From positions 14,410 to 78,409 of the forward strand of contig DAOOQQ010000008.1 in the NCBI GenBank assembly GCA_035388825.1: a stretch of DNA of 64,000 nucleotides. Reading direction: 5' to 3'. The translations under genes were made by a program, and so were the position numbers. The notes below the pieces were generated by a model. That model was given only the letters and a program-made list of their open reading frames with translations. It ran no database searches and was not told the DNA's origin. Of the stretch, positions 56,032 through 64,000 are shown in pieces (position 1 is the stretch's first letter; each line of letters begins with the position of its first letter). The stretch comes from Candidatus Ozemobacteraceae bacterium. Its GTDB lineage: Bacteria > Muiribacteriota > Ozemobacteria > Ozemobacterales > Ozemobacteraceae.

Positions 56032-58209
56032 TCACCCCTCCCTTTTTCGATTTCCCTCTCGAGGCATTGTCCGCATCGAAAGAGAAATGCGGGAACGCTG
56101 CTCGTCGACTTCGAGGACGGTGACGGAGACTTTCTGTTGCACCTTCACGACCTCGGACGGTTCGCGAACGAACCGGTCGGCGAGTTCACTGACATGCACC
56201 AGGCCGTCCTGGTGGACGCCGATGTCGACGAAGGCCCCGAACCGGGTCACGTTCGTCACGATGCCGGGCAGCTTCATGCCGGGTCGCAGGTCCGAGATCC
56301 GGTGGATGCCTTCGGCGAAGGAAAACGCCTCGAAGCCGGCGCGAGGGTCACGGCCGGGTTTCTCGAGCTCGCCGAGAATGTCGCGCAGGGTCGGCAGGCC
56401 AACATCCTCTGATATATATTTATTGATGTCTATCTCTGCCCGGAGGTCGCGGCGGGCGAGAAGGTCGGATACGGCGCAACCGAGATCTGAGGCCATCTTT
56501 TTCACGAGCGCATACCGCTCGGGGTGGACGGCGCTGGCGTCGAGCGGGTTGTCGCTCTGGCGCACGCGCAGGAAGCCGGCGCACTGCTCGAACGCTTTGG
56601 GGCCGAGCCGCGCCACCTTCTTCAGATCGGCCCGGCTCCGGAACGGCCCGTTCTCGGTGCGCCAGGCGACGATGTTCGAGGCGAGCTGCGCGCCCACGCC
56701 CGCGACGTAGGTCAGCAGTGGGGCGCTGGCCGTGTTCACTTCGACGCCGACGGCGTTCACGCAGCTCATGACGACGTCGTCGAGACCCCGCTTGAGTTTC
56801 TTCTGATCGACGTCGTGCTGATACTGGCCGACGCCGATCGATTTGGGATCGATCTTGACCAGCTCGGCGAGCGGATCCATCAGCCGGCGGCCGATCGAGA
56901 TCGAACCGCGTACCGTCACGTCCTGGTCGGGGAACTCGGCGCGGGCCACGTCCGAGGCCGAATACACCGAGGCGCCGCTCTCGTTCACGAGCACGACGGG
57001 AATCTGCTTCAGATCCGGCAGGCTTCGGACGAACGATTCGGTTTCGCGGCTTCCGGTGCCGTTCCCGATGGCGACGGCCTCGATCGAGAAGGTTCGGCAC
57101 AGCTCCCGGAGCGTGATGGCCGCTTCCTCGCGCTGCCGGTCGCTGCCGGTGACATAGATGACGGTATGGTGGCGCAGGGCGCCCTGCCGGTCGAGGCAGA
57201 CGAGCTTGCAGCCGGTGCGCAGGCCGGGATCGAGGGCGAGCACGTTCTTCTGGCCGAGCGGGGCTGCCATCAGCAGCTCGCGCAGATTCGAGGCGAACAC
57301 GGCGATCGCCTCGTCGTCGGCCCGCGTCTTCAGGCCTGCGCGCAGCTCCGTCTCGAGGGAAGGGGCGAGCAGCCGCTCATACCCGTCTTCGAGGGCGAGG
57401 CGCACCTGCTCCGTTGCCCTGCCCGTGTTCTTCAGGAACCGGCGGCCGAGGATGCCAAGCGCCTTGTCGGCCGGGGGGCGGATCGTGACCCGCAGGATGC
57501 CTTCGTTCTCCCCGCGGAAGATCGCGAGGAGGCGATGGCCGGCGGCTTTGGCGGCGGGCTCGCGCCAGGAGAACCAGTCGCGGAACTTCGCGCCCTCCTC
57601 CTCCTTGCCTTTCGCGACGGCCGTTTCGATGAGGGCGAATGCCTCGAAATAGGCGCGCACCGCCTGGCGGGCCTCGGCGTGCTCGCTGACGAACTCGGCG
57701 ATGATGTCGCGGGCCCCTTCGAGGGCCTCCTCCGGGCTCTTCACGCCCTTTTCCGCATCGATGTAGGCTTCCGCCGCCCGGAGCGGGTCGAACGCGGGCT
57801 CCTGGAGGAGCAGGTGGTTCGACAGCGGCTCGAGGCCCCGTTCCCGGGCCATCTGGGCGCGGGTGCGCCGCTTCGGGCGGTAGGGGAGATACAGGTCTTC
57901 CAGCGCCGTCAGCGTGGATGCGCCGCGGACCGAGGATTCGAGCTCCGGGGTGAGCAGTTGCCGCTCGGACAGCGAGCCGAGAATCGCCTCGCGCCGCTTG
58001 TCCAGCTCGCCGAGCTGTTCCAGACGGTCGCGGATCGTCTGAAGGGCGACTTCGTCGAGGCTTCCCGTTTTCTCCTTGCGGTACCGTGCGATGAACGGCA
58101 CGGTCGCACCTTCCTCGAACAACGAGGCGGCAGCCTCGACCTGGGCCGGGCGCAGTTGGAGCTCGGTGGAGATGAGACGGCAGTGGGATGAGACGATGGC
58201 GACAGTCAT
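56032..58209 (-). CDS. tex: transcription accessory protein Tex (S1 RNA-binding, YqgF/RNase H-like, HhH)
   Basis: 725 aa. N-terminus ...IARYRKEKTGSLDEVALQTIRDRLE... C-terminal S1 domain (GMKLPGIVTNVTRFGAFVDIGVHQDGLVHVSEL). Colinear with Tex throughout. Confidence 0.88.
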   Translation of the reverse strand: MTVAIVSSHCRLISTELQLRPAQVEAAASLFEEGATVPFIARYRKEKTGSLDEVALQTIRDRLEQLGELDKRREAILGSLSERQLLTPELESSVRGASTLTALEDLYLPYRPKRRTRAQMARERGLEPLSNHLLLQEPAFDPLRAAEAYIDAEKGVKSPEEALEGARDIIAEFVSEHAEARQAVRAYFEAFALIETAVAKGKEEEGAKFRDWFSWREPAAKAAGHRLLAIFRGENEGILRVTIRPPADKALGILGRRFLKNTGRATEQVRLALEDGYERLLAPSLETELRAGLKTRADDEAIAVFASNLRELLMAAPLGQKNVLALDPGLRTGCKLVCLDRQGALRHHTVIYVTGSDRQREEAAITLRELCRTFSIEAVAIGNGTGSRETESFVRSLPDLKQIPVVLVNESGASVYSASDVARAEFPDQDVTVRGSISIGRRLMDPLAELVKIDPKSIGVGQYQHDVDQKKLKRGLDDVVMSCVNAVGVEVNTASAPLLTYVAGVGAQLASNIVAWRTENGPFRSRADLKKVARLGPKAFEQCAGFLRVRQSDNPLDASAVHPERYALVKKMASDLGCAVSDLLARRDLRAEIDINKYISEDVGLPTLRDILGELEKPGRDPRAGFEAFSFAEGIHRISDLRPGMKLPGIVTNVTRFGAFVDIGVHQDGLVHVSELADRFVREPSEVVKVQQKVSVTVLEVDEQRSRISLSMRTMPREGNRKREG

Positions 58210-58225
58210 GGTTTGATCCTCCGGC

Positions 58226-59236
58226 TCAGCGTCCGGCCGATGCGGCGGAGCGGAGCAGGCTTCGGAAGGCCCAGAGGCCGGCGATGGTCGTGAGGACGTT
58301 CGTGAACAGAACGCCGGGAACGACCGCGAAGGTGAGCAGGATGACGGGGCCGGACGGTCGCCCCTGCTTTCTGAAGACGAAGATCATCGTGAAAAAGAAG
58401 AGAAAGAGCGGCAGGGAGGCGATCTCCTGTGCGCCAAACAGGATGCGGAGGGGGACCAGCGACTGGAGCGTCATCGTTTCGACGGCCAGCTTCTGATACA
58501 GGAACAGGTAGAGCGTCGGGAAACCGACCCACAAACTGGCGCCGGCTGTGATGCCCGCCCAGATGTTCGGCCGCCATGCGCCGCAGCGGCGCAGGAACAC
58601 GAGGCAGCCGCCCAGGGCGGTCAGCACCTGCAGGAAAAGGAACGGGGCTGGACCGGTCAGCATGAGGGTGCTGATGAACCTTTTCGGAAGGGTGTTCGCC
58701 CTGCCGAGGCCGTAGACATCCGGGTCGAATCCGTCGAGCGCGGCCTTCCACGATTCGAGAGGAATTCCCTGTTTTGTACAATTCGATATAAAATATGACC
58801 GAATGGCATCGGCGGTCACGATCTGGTTGCCGCTGCCGTCGTGGATGCGGCTGAGGAATCCGTGTTTGGCGCAGTAGAGGTCGTCCGTGGTTCCGGATGC
58901 CCGCTCCGGGGCGGGGAGCGCCCAGGGGGCGACGGCATACCGGCAGGAGGGCTGCATGAGACGGAGAAGATCGAGGTCGGCCACGAGCGACTGTTCGACG
59001 AAAAAGGTCAGGGGGATTTCTCCGGTGTCCGTGGCATAAGGGAGATTGGGCGGGGGAAACCCGGCGTGATCCAGCGACATCAGCTCGGCCCAGCCGAACA
59101 GCTTCTGGAGCGTGTCCTGGCACCGGTCATACTCGGTTTTCGAGCGCCTGGATGCCTCGGCCGGGATGGCGCCCAGGATCAGCAGGATGGTGAGCAGGGG
59201 CAACATCAAGCGGGTCGTTCCGTTCATGGGCTCCAT
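58226..59236 (-). CDS. hypothetical membrane protein (signal peptide, periplasmic domain, C-terminal multi-TM region)
   Basis: 336 aa. MEPMNGTTRLMLPLLTILLILGAIPAEA. Hydrophobic helices in the C-terminal half. Confidence 0.5.
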   Translation of the reverse strand: MEPMNGTTRLMLPLLTILLILGAIPAEASRRSKTEYDRCQDTLQKLFGWAELMSLDHAGFPPPNLPYATDTGEIPLTFFVEQSLVADLDLLRLMQPSCRYAVAPWALPAPERASGTTDDLYCAKHGFLSRIHDGSGNQIVTADAIRSYFISNCTKQGIPLESWKAALDGFDPDVYGLGRANTLPKRFISTLMLTGPAPFLFLQVLTALGGCLVFLRRCGAWRPNIWAGITAGASLWVGFPTLYLFLYQKLAVETMTLQSLVPLRILFGAQEIASLPLFLFFFTMIFVFRKQGRPSGPVILLTFAVVPGVLFTNVLTTIAGLWAFRSLLRSAASAGR

Positions 59237-59252
59237 TCCTTTGGATTCTTCG

Positions 59253-60755
59253 TCATTTCGAGGAGGGGCGTGCCTGTTCCATCAGCTCCGCGAGCCGCAG
59301 AAAGCGTTTGCTCCGGGCGAGATCGAGCGGCGTTTCCCCTTTCAGGTCGGGGATGTGCGGATTGGCGTTCCAGGACAGCAGGATCTTCACGTCCTGGAGG
59401 TTGTTCGCATCGACGGCGAGATGCAGCGGCGTTTTGCCCTCGGCGTTTCGCGCGTCGATGACGGCGGGAAGATACTCGGTGAAGCCGTAATAGAGGGCGT
59501 CGCGTGCGCCGAGATTGCGCATCGTCATGATGTGCAGGAACGTGTTGCCCGCCGTGTCGGTCGCCGTAGGGGAAAGGCCCGCATCCAGGAGGAGCCGGAG
59601 GGTGTCGGGCTGCCTGCCGAGGAGCGCGAGAAAGAACAGATTGCCCTTCGTCGTTTTCAGGGGATCCGCTCCGAGGCGGATCAGCTCGGGAACGATGACG
59701 TTGCTGTCCTGACAGCCGAGAGTCGCCTCGACGGGAAACCGCCCGCGATCGTCGATCGGGGCGTTGAGATCCGCACCGTGGCTTGCGAGCAGACGGATGA
59801 ACGCGATCGTTCGTTCGGTCGGATACCCCATCGAAAGCACCATGCCGAGCGGCTTTTCCTGGCTCGAAGAGGAAAACGGCGTGTTTGCCGGAGCACCGGC
59901 CCGGAGCAGGCGCTCCGCCACCTCGACGCTCCCCTTACCCCGCAGTGCCCACCAAAGAGGCGGTTCCCGTCTGCCTTCCGGCGCATCGTTCAGATTGGGG
60001 CCCAAGGTGAGCAGCCACTCGACGAGCTCGACGTGGTGGCGATCACAGGCTTCGCAGAGCGCGATCTCGAGGGCGGAGTCCGGAAGCTCGGCCTTCATGT
60101 CTTCCAGGCGGGCGGCGAACAGATCCTTCCGGCCTTTCGCCGCCGCGTCCATCAGGCGGTCGAGGGCGGGCAGCTTGAGGACGGGCAGAAGGGCTGTCCA
60201 GATCACGATGAGAAGCATTGCGAGCGAGAAGCTGCGCTTGGGAAACGGGAGCGACGTGGCAGCTTCCGGTTCATCCGGCTGTCCGGGGGCGTTCGCCACC
60301 CGGTGGGCCTGCCAGGCGAACCAGCCGCCGAAGACGATCCAGAGGGGGGCAAGGACGGCAATGTTCATGAGATACTGGCGTGTGAGCCCCCGGATGAGAA
60401 TGAGGGACAGCGCGGCGAGAAGGTTCAGCAAGGCCCAGCCGAGATAGCTGTCGGTGAGCCAGCCGACCCGGTGGCGGGCGGCGGCCTCGAGGTTGCCGAT
60501 GCAGACCGTGACGCCGGCCATGGCGAGAAGGAACGCCGTTGCCCGCAGGGCGCCCGTGGTGTATCCGAGATACTCGGCCACGCCGAAGCCGGCGATGACG
60601 AGGCCGGCTTTTGCCGCCCGGGCGGGAAAACTCCAGTTCATCGCATGGCCGTTCATGTCGACAGGCTCCTCGGCGCCGTTTCCCTTCGGGGAGAACAACG
60701 ATAACCCCATGAATACAACCAGCACACTGTACGCGCCCTTTCCCGGAAAAGTCAA
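59253..60755 (-). CDS. multi-pass membrane protein with C-terminal ankyrin-repeat domain
   Basis: N-terminal ~200 aa with about 5 TM helices. Then ANK repeats (NTPFSSSS..., GRFPVEATLGCQD..., GNTFLHIMTMRN..., GKTPLHLAVDANNLQDVKILL, GETPLDLARS). The exact start is uncertain. Confidence 0.65.
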   Translation of the reverse strand: MTFPGKGAYSVLVVFMGLSLFSPKGNGAEEPVDMNGHAMNWSFPARAAKAGLVIAGFGVAEYLGYTTGALRATAFLLAMAGVTVCIGNLEAAARHRVGWLTDSYLGWALLNLLAALSLILIRGLTRQYLMNIAVLAPLWIVFGGWFAWQAHRVANAPGQPDEPEAATSLPFPKRSFSLAMLLIVIWTALLPVLKLPALDRLMDAAAKGRKDLFAARLEDMKAELPDSALEIALCEACDRHHVELVEWLLTLGPNLNDAPEGRREPPLWWALRGKGSVEVAERLLRAGAPANTPFSSSSQEKPLGMVLSMGYPTERTIAFIRLLASHGADLNAPIDDRGRFPVEATLGCQDSNVIVPELIRLGADPLKTTKGNLFFLALLGRQPDTLRLLLDAGLSPTATDTAGNTFLHIMTMRNLGARDALYYGFTEYLPAVIDARNAEGKTPLHLAVDANNLQDVKILLSWNANPHIPDLKGETPLDLARSKRFLRLAELMEQARPSSK

Positions 60756-60921
60756 ACGCCGGAGGAGGGTGACTCCCCCTGCCGGCGCTGATCATGCGAA
60801 ACCGCCAATTATGGCATCAATAATATAATAAATGATATCTAATTCGCTCGGCGGGTCCCTGAATGGGAGGGTCGAGAGCGTGCCGTGGCGCCGTGGCCGC
60901 CGGAATCCGCGGGAAGAAGGG

Positions 60922-62160
60922 TCAGACGGCGATTTTCTCGAGGGGGCGGCAGCGGCGCGTCAGGCCGTCGACGTGCTTTGCCAGCCCGCCGCCGGCGGTT
61001 TCCCGATACCGGCTCTGGAGGTCCATGCCGGTTTCGCGCATCGTGATCACGACCTGGTCGAACGAGACGCGGTGGCGGCCGTCGGACAGCAACACGTAGC
61101 TGGCGCATTCGACGGCGCGCGCCGCGGCCATCGCGTTGCGCTCGATGCAGGGGATCTGCACCAGGCCGGCCACCGGATCGCAGGTCAGGCCGAGATGGTG
61201 TTCGAGGCCCATTTCGGCGGCATACTCGATCTGGGGGGCCGTGCCGCCCCAAAGTTTGCAGGCGGCGGCCGCCGCCATGGCGCATGCGGTACCGATCTCG
61301 CCCTGGCACCCGACTTCGGCCCCGCTGATCGAGGCGTTCTTCTTGACCAGGTTGCCGATCAGGCCGGCGACGGCCAGACTGCGCACGATGCGGGCATCCG
61401 ACAGATGGTCGAGCCGCTGCAGCAGATACAATACCGCCGGCAGCACCCCTGCCGAACCGCAGGTGGGGGCGGTCACGACCAGGCCGCCGCCCGCGTTCTC
61501 CTCGGAGGTCGCCAGCGCATAGGCGAACACCAGGCTGATTTTCTGCAGCAGATCGCTCTGCTGGCGGGCGCGGGAAAAGTAGATTCCCGCCTTCCGCGGC
61601 AGGCGCAGGCCGCCTGGCAGCACCCCTTCGGCCTCAAGACCACGCTGGATCGTCGCTTTCATCGTCTCCCAGACGTTCGCGAGGTGGTCCCAGGTCGAGG
61701 CAGGCTCGTGCTCCTTCACGTAGTCGGCGAAGGAAATGCCGTTGTCATCGAGATACTCGAGGATCTCGCGCATCGTGTCGTGGGGATACACCTGGACGGG
61801 AGCCGTCTCGGTCGCGTGCTCCTCGCGCAGGAAGCCCCCGCCGACGCTGAAGACGCGCCACCGGTCGGTCTCGCGGCGTTCCGCATCCAGCGCCACGCAC
61901 TCCATGCCGTTCGGGTGGAACGGCAGCACCGTGTCGGGCTTCCAGACGATCTCGACGGGAACCGGCTGCATGGCCTCGATGATCGCCTGGTCGGTCAGAT
62001 GCCCTTTCCCGGTCGCCGCCAGACTGCCGTACAGGGTGACCGAAAAGGCCGCGGCCTCGGGGTGGCGGGCCCGGAACTGCTCGACGGCCTTACGGGGGCC
62101 CATGGTGTGGCTGCTGGACGGGCCGTGCCCGATCTTGAAAATCTCGCGAATCGATTCCAT
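60922..62160 (-). CDS. sdaA: L-serine dehydratase (iron-sulfur dependent, single chain)
   Basis: MESIREIFKIGHGPSSSHTMGP... signature N-terminus. Beta and alpha domains present, with the conserved Cys region (GCQGEIGTACAMAAAA). Track ORF extends to 62331; start chosen at 62160 with an AAAGGA RBS. Confidence 0.85.
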   Translation of the reverse strand: MESIREIFKIGHGPSSSHTMGPRKAVEQFRARHPEAAAFSVTLYGSLAATGKGHLTDQAIIEAMQPVPVEIVWKPDTVLPFHPNGMECVALDAERRETDRWRVFSVGGGFLREEHATETAPVQVYPHDTMREILEYLDDNGISFADYVKEHEPASTWDHLANVWETMKATIQRGLEAEGVLPGGLRLPRKAGIYFSRARQQSDLLQKISLVFAYALATSEENAGGGLVVTAPTCGSAGVLPAVLYLLQRLDHLSDARIVRSLAVAGLIGNLVKKNASISGAEVGCQGEIGTACAMAAAAACKLWGGTAPQIEYAAEMGLEHHLGLTCDPVAGLVQIPCIERNAMAAARAVECASYVLLSDGRHRVSFDQVVITMRETGMDLQSRYRETAGGGLAKHVDGLTRRCRPLEKIAV

Positions 62161-62293
62161 GGAAGAGGGTCCTTTGCGTGGTGAGGGTCGTGAGCGGCGG
62201 TGTGCCGCGCTTCTGATATGTCGGCTGTTCCGATCCGAAACGTGAGGGGCTTGAAACGCGCTACGGATCAGACTCGAGGGCGCAGGTCGCGGG

Positions 62294-63061
62294 TCACTTG
62301 ACGAGCCGGTCGCGCATTGCCCGTCGCGCAATTTTCACCAGGACGGCCGTCCAGAGAAGAACGGCGATGACGGCAAGGGGCTTGAGCGGGAATCCCAGCG
62401 TCAGCGAGCGGAGAACCGAGATGGCCGGTGTGAGCGGCAGCAGCCAGGCGATTCCCTGCAGGATCGCCGGCATCTGGTCGAGCGGGAAAAAGACGCCGCA
62501 GAACAGGAACATCGGAAAGATCAGCAGGAACTGCGGATACGAGATCTCGTCGATCGTCGCCGAGCGTGCCGCGGTCAGCAGGCCCATTGCCGCGAACAGA
62601 AGGCTGCCGGCGAAGACGAAGGGCAGGACACACAGCGCGCCGATGGGCCGGAAGTCGCCCGCGAGAACGCCGATCAGCACGACGGCGGTCGAGGCGAACG
62701 TGGCTTTCGAGGCGTCCCAGAGGAGTTCGCCCCACAACACCTCCGACATCGTGACGGGGGTCACGGCGATCGCCTGGAACACCTTCTGATAATACATGCG
62801 CACGAAGCCCCCATAGGCGGCCTCGAAGAAGCCCTGGAACAGCATCGTCTGGCCGACGATGCCGGCGAAGACGAACTGGCGGTAGGTGAGGGAGACGCCC
62901 TCGGTCGTCAGCGCGCCCACCAGGCCGCCGACGCCCACACCGAACGAGACCAGATACAGCAGCGGTTCGACGAACGTCGTGACGATGCCGAACCAGAAGT
63001 TCTTCTCGTAGACGGCGAAATACCGGCGCCACACCGTCGCGATCGCCTGAATGCCGCTCAT
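62294..63061 (-). CDS. ABC-2 type transporter permease
   Basis: 255 aa, 6 predicted TM helices, ABC-2/NodJ-like pattern. The start overlaps the ATPase gene's stop (ATGA at 63058-63061). Confidence 0.8.
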   Translation of the reverse strand: MSGIQAIATVWRRYFAVYEKNFWFGIVTTFVEPLLYLVSFGVGVGGLVGALTTEGVSLTYRQFVFAGIVGQTMLFQGFFEAAYGGFVRMYYQKVFQAIAVTPVTMSEVLWGELLWDASKATFASTAVVLIGVLAGDFRPIGALCVLPFVFAGSLLFAAMGLLTAARSATIDEISYPQFLLIFPMFLFCGVFFPLDQMPAILQGIAWLLPLTPAISVLRSLTLGFPLKPLAVIAVLLWTAVLVKIARRAMRDRLVK

Positions 63062-63903
63062 GACGCGCCCCCCGCCTCATCTTCGACCTCTTCGGACTCG
63101 TCATCCGCCAGGGAAAGGCCGGTCAGCTTCAGGTAGACATCCTCGAGGTTGGGCGGCCGCTTCCAGCGAACGCCGGGCCGGATCTCCTCCTCGATCTCGG
63201 ATACGCCGATGTGACGGCAGATCAGATCGGGGGGCGGGGCGCAGTCGAGGATCTGGCCGCGGTGGATGATGGCGATGCGGTCGCACAGCCGCTCGGCCTC
63301 GTCCATGTAATGGGTCGAGAGCAGCACGGCGCCCCCCGTCTGGCGGAACCCGCTGATGATCGACCAGAGCGTGCGCCGGGCCTCGGGGTCGAGGCCCGTG
63401 GTCGGCTCGTCGAGCACGAGCAGCTTCGGATCCGCGATGAGCGCGCGTGCCACCTGGAGACGGCGGCGCATGCCCCCCGACAGGGCTTCGACCAGCACCC
63501 CCGTCTTGGCGGTGAGATCGAACCGTTCGAGCAGCGATGCGGCCTTGCGACCCGCCTCGGCCTCACCGATGCCGAAAAACGAGGCGTGGCGGACGAGTTG
63601 GTCGAACACCGTGAAATCCGTGTCGAGGGTGTCCTCCTGGTGGCAGACGCCGAGGGCTTTTCTGGCCTGCCGCGGGTCGGCATGCACGTCGTGACCGAGA
63701 ACCGTCACCCGCCCCGAGGTCGGCGGATAGAAGCCGGTGATGCACTGCATCGACGTCGATTTGCCGGCCCCGTTCGGGCCGAGCAGCCCGAAACACTCGC
63801 CCTCGGCGACCGAAAACGAGATGCCATCGACGGCGCGAAAGGCTGCCTGCCCTTTCACGCGGTAATCCTTGACCAGTGCTTCGACGACCAGGGGGTGATT
63901 CAT
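63058..63903 (-). CDS. ABC transporter ATP-binding protein (ABC-2 exporter ATPase)
   Basis: Walker A GPNGAGKST, signature LSGGMRRRL, Walker B LLVLDEPTTGLD, H-loop. Acidic C-terminal tail. Confidence 0.88.
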   Translation of the reverse strand: MNHPLVVEALVKDYRVKGQAAFRAVDGISFSVAEGECFGLLGPNGAGKSTSMQCITGFYPPTSGRVTVLGHDVHADPRQARKALGVCHQEDTLDTDFTVFDQLVRHASFFGIGEAEAGRKAASLLERFDLTAKTGVLVEALSGGMRRRLQVARALIADPKLLVLDEPTTGLDPEARRTLWSIISGFRQTGGAVLLSTHYMDEAERLCDRIAIIHRGQILDCAPPPDLICRHIGVSEIEEEIRPGVRWKRPPNLEDVYLKLTGLSLADDESEEVEDEAGGAS

Positions 63904-63959
63904 GGATGCTGTAATTATATTGTGTGATATATATGCTGCTTTCGGATGCGTCGTCGGAG

Positions 63960-64000
63960 ACTCAGCCGTGGAGTTTGTTGAGCGCCCAGGCCATGTTGAG
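63960..64000 (-). CDS. 3' end of an unidentified minus-strand gene (window edge)
   Basis: Reverse translation ...LNMAWALNKLHG* ends at a stop (rc of tca 63960-63962). Too short to assign. Confidence 0.25.

Noticed and set aside
1-64000. CRISPR arrays, rRNA/tRNA genes, integrases/transposases
   Set aside because: No direct-repeat/spacer periodicity was seen. I saw no tRNA cloverleaf-like conserved segments and no recognisable recombinase or transposase protein signatures in any frame.

Overview
High-GC (~65%) bacterial chromosomal segment that mixes housekeeping genes with accessory loci. Window start to ~6.9 kb: a divergently organised cluster of four paralogous B12-binding radical SAM genes (CxxxCxxC motif intact in all four) around a lower-GC secreted protein, with a phospholipase-D family gene next to it. 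~8.7-27 kb: type III glutamine synthetase, Xaa-Pro aminopeptidase, a flavodoxin/4Fe-4S protein, an atypical response regulator, a tandem cNMP-binding protein followed by a decayed nucleotidyl-cyclase remnant and an MBL-fold gene, an insertion-rich GlmS-like amidotransferase, M23 and PepD peptidases, and an ankyrin protein. 27.7-48.1 kb is the most unusual region. It holds two convergently oriented giant paralogous exported proteins of about 2,900-3,000 aa. Each is built from DUF2341-like, FN3-like and CBM4/9-like modules, long arrays of ~100-aa CARDB/Ig-like repeats, and a shared C-terminal tail. The + strand copy is interrupted by a -1 frameshift (~29036) and an in-frame TGA (30682). Small TM/TPR-like accessory genes and a partial gene duplication accompany the giants. 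The locus lies between convergent-gene intergenic regions carrying the same REP-like palindromic element (10.9 kb and 52.4 kb). The remaining ~12 kb encodes an M16 peptidase, a J-domain protein, MsrB, a HigB/HigA toxin-antitoxin pair with a promoter-overlapping palindrome, Tex, L-serine dehydratase, an ABC-2 exporter pair and membrane and ankyrin proteins. No rRNA, tRNA, CRISPR, integrase or transposase genes were recognised. Many long antisense ORFs in the six-frame track are high-GC artefacts.
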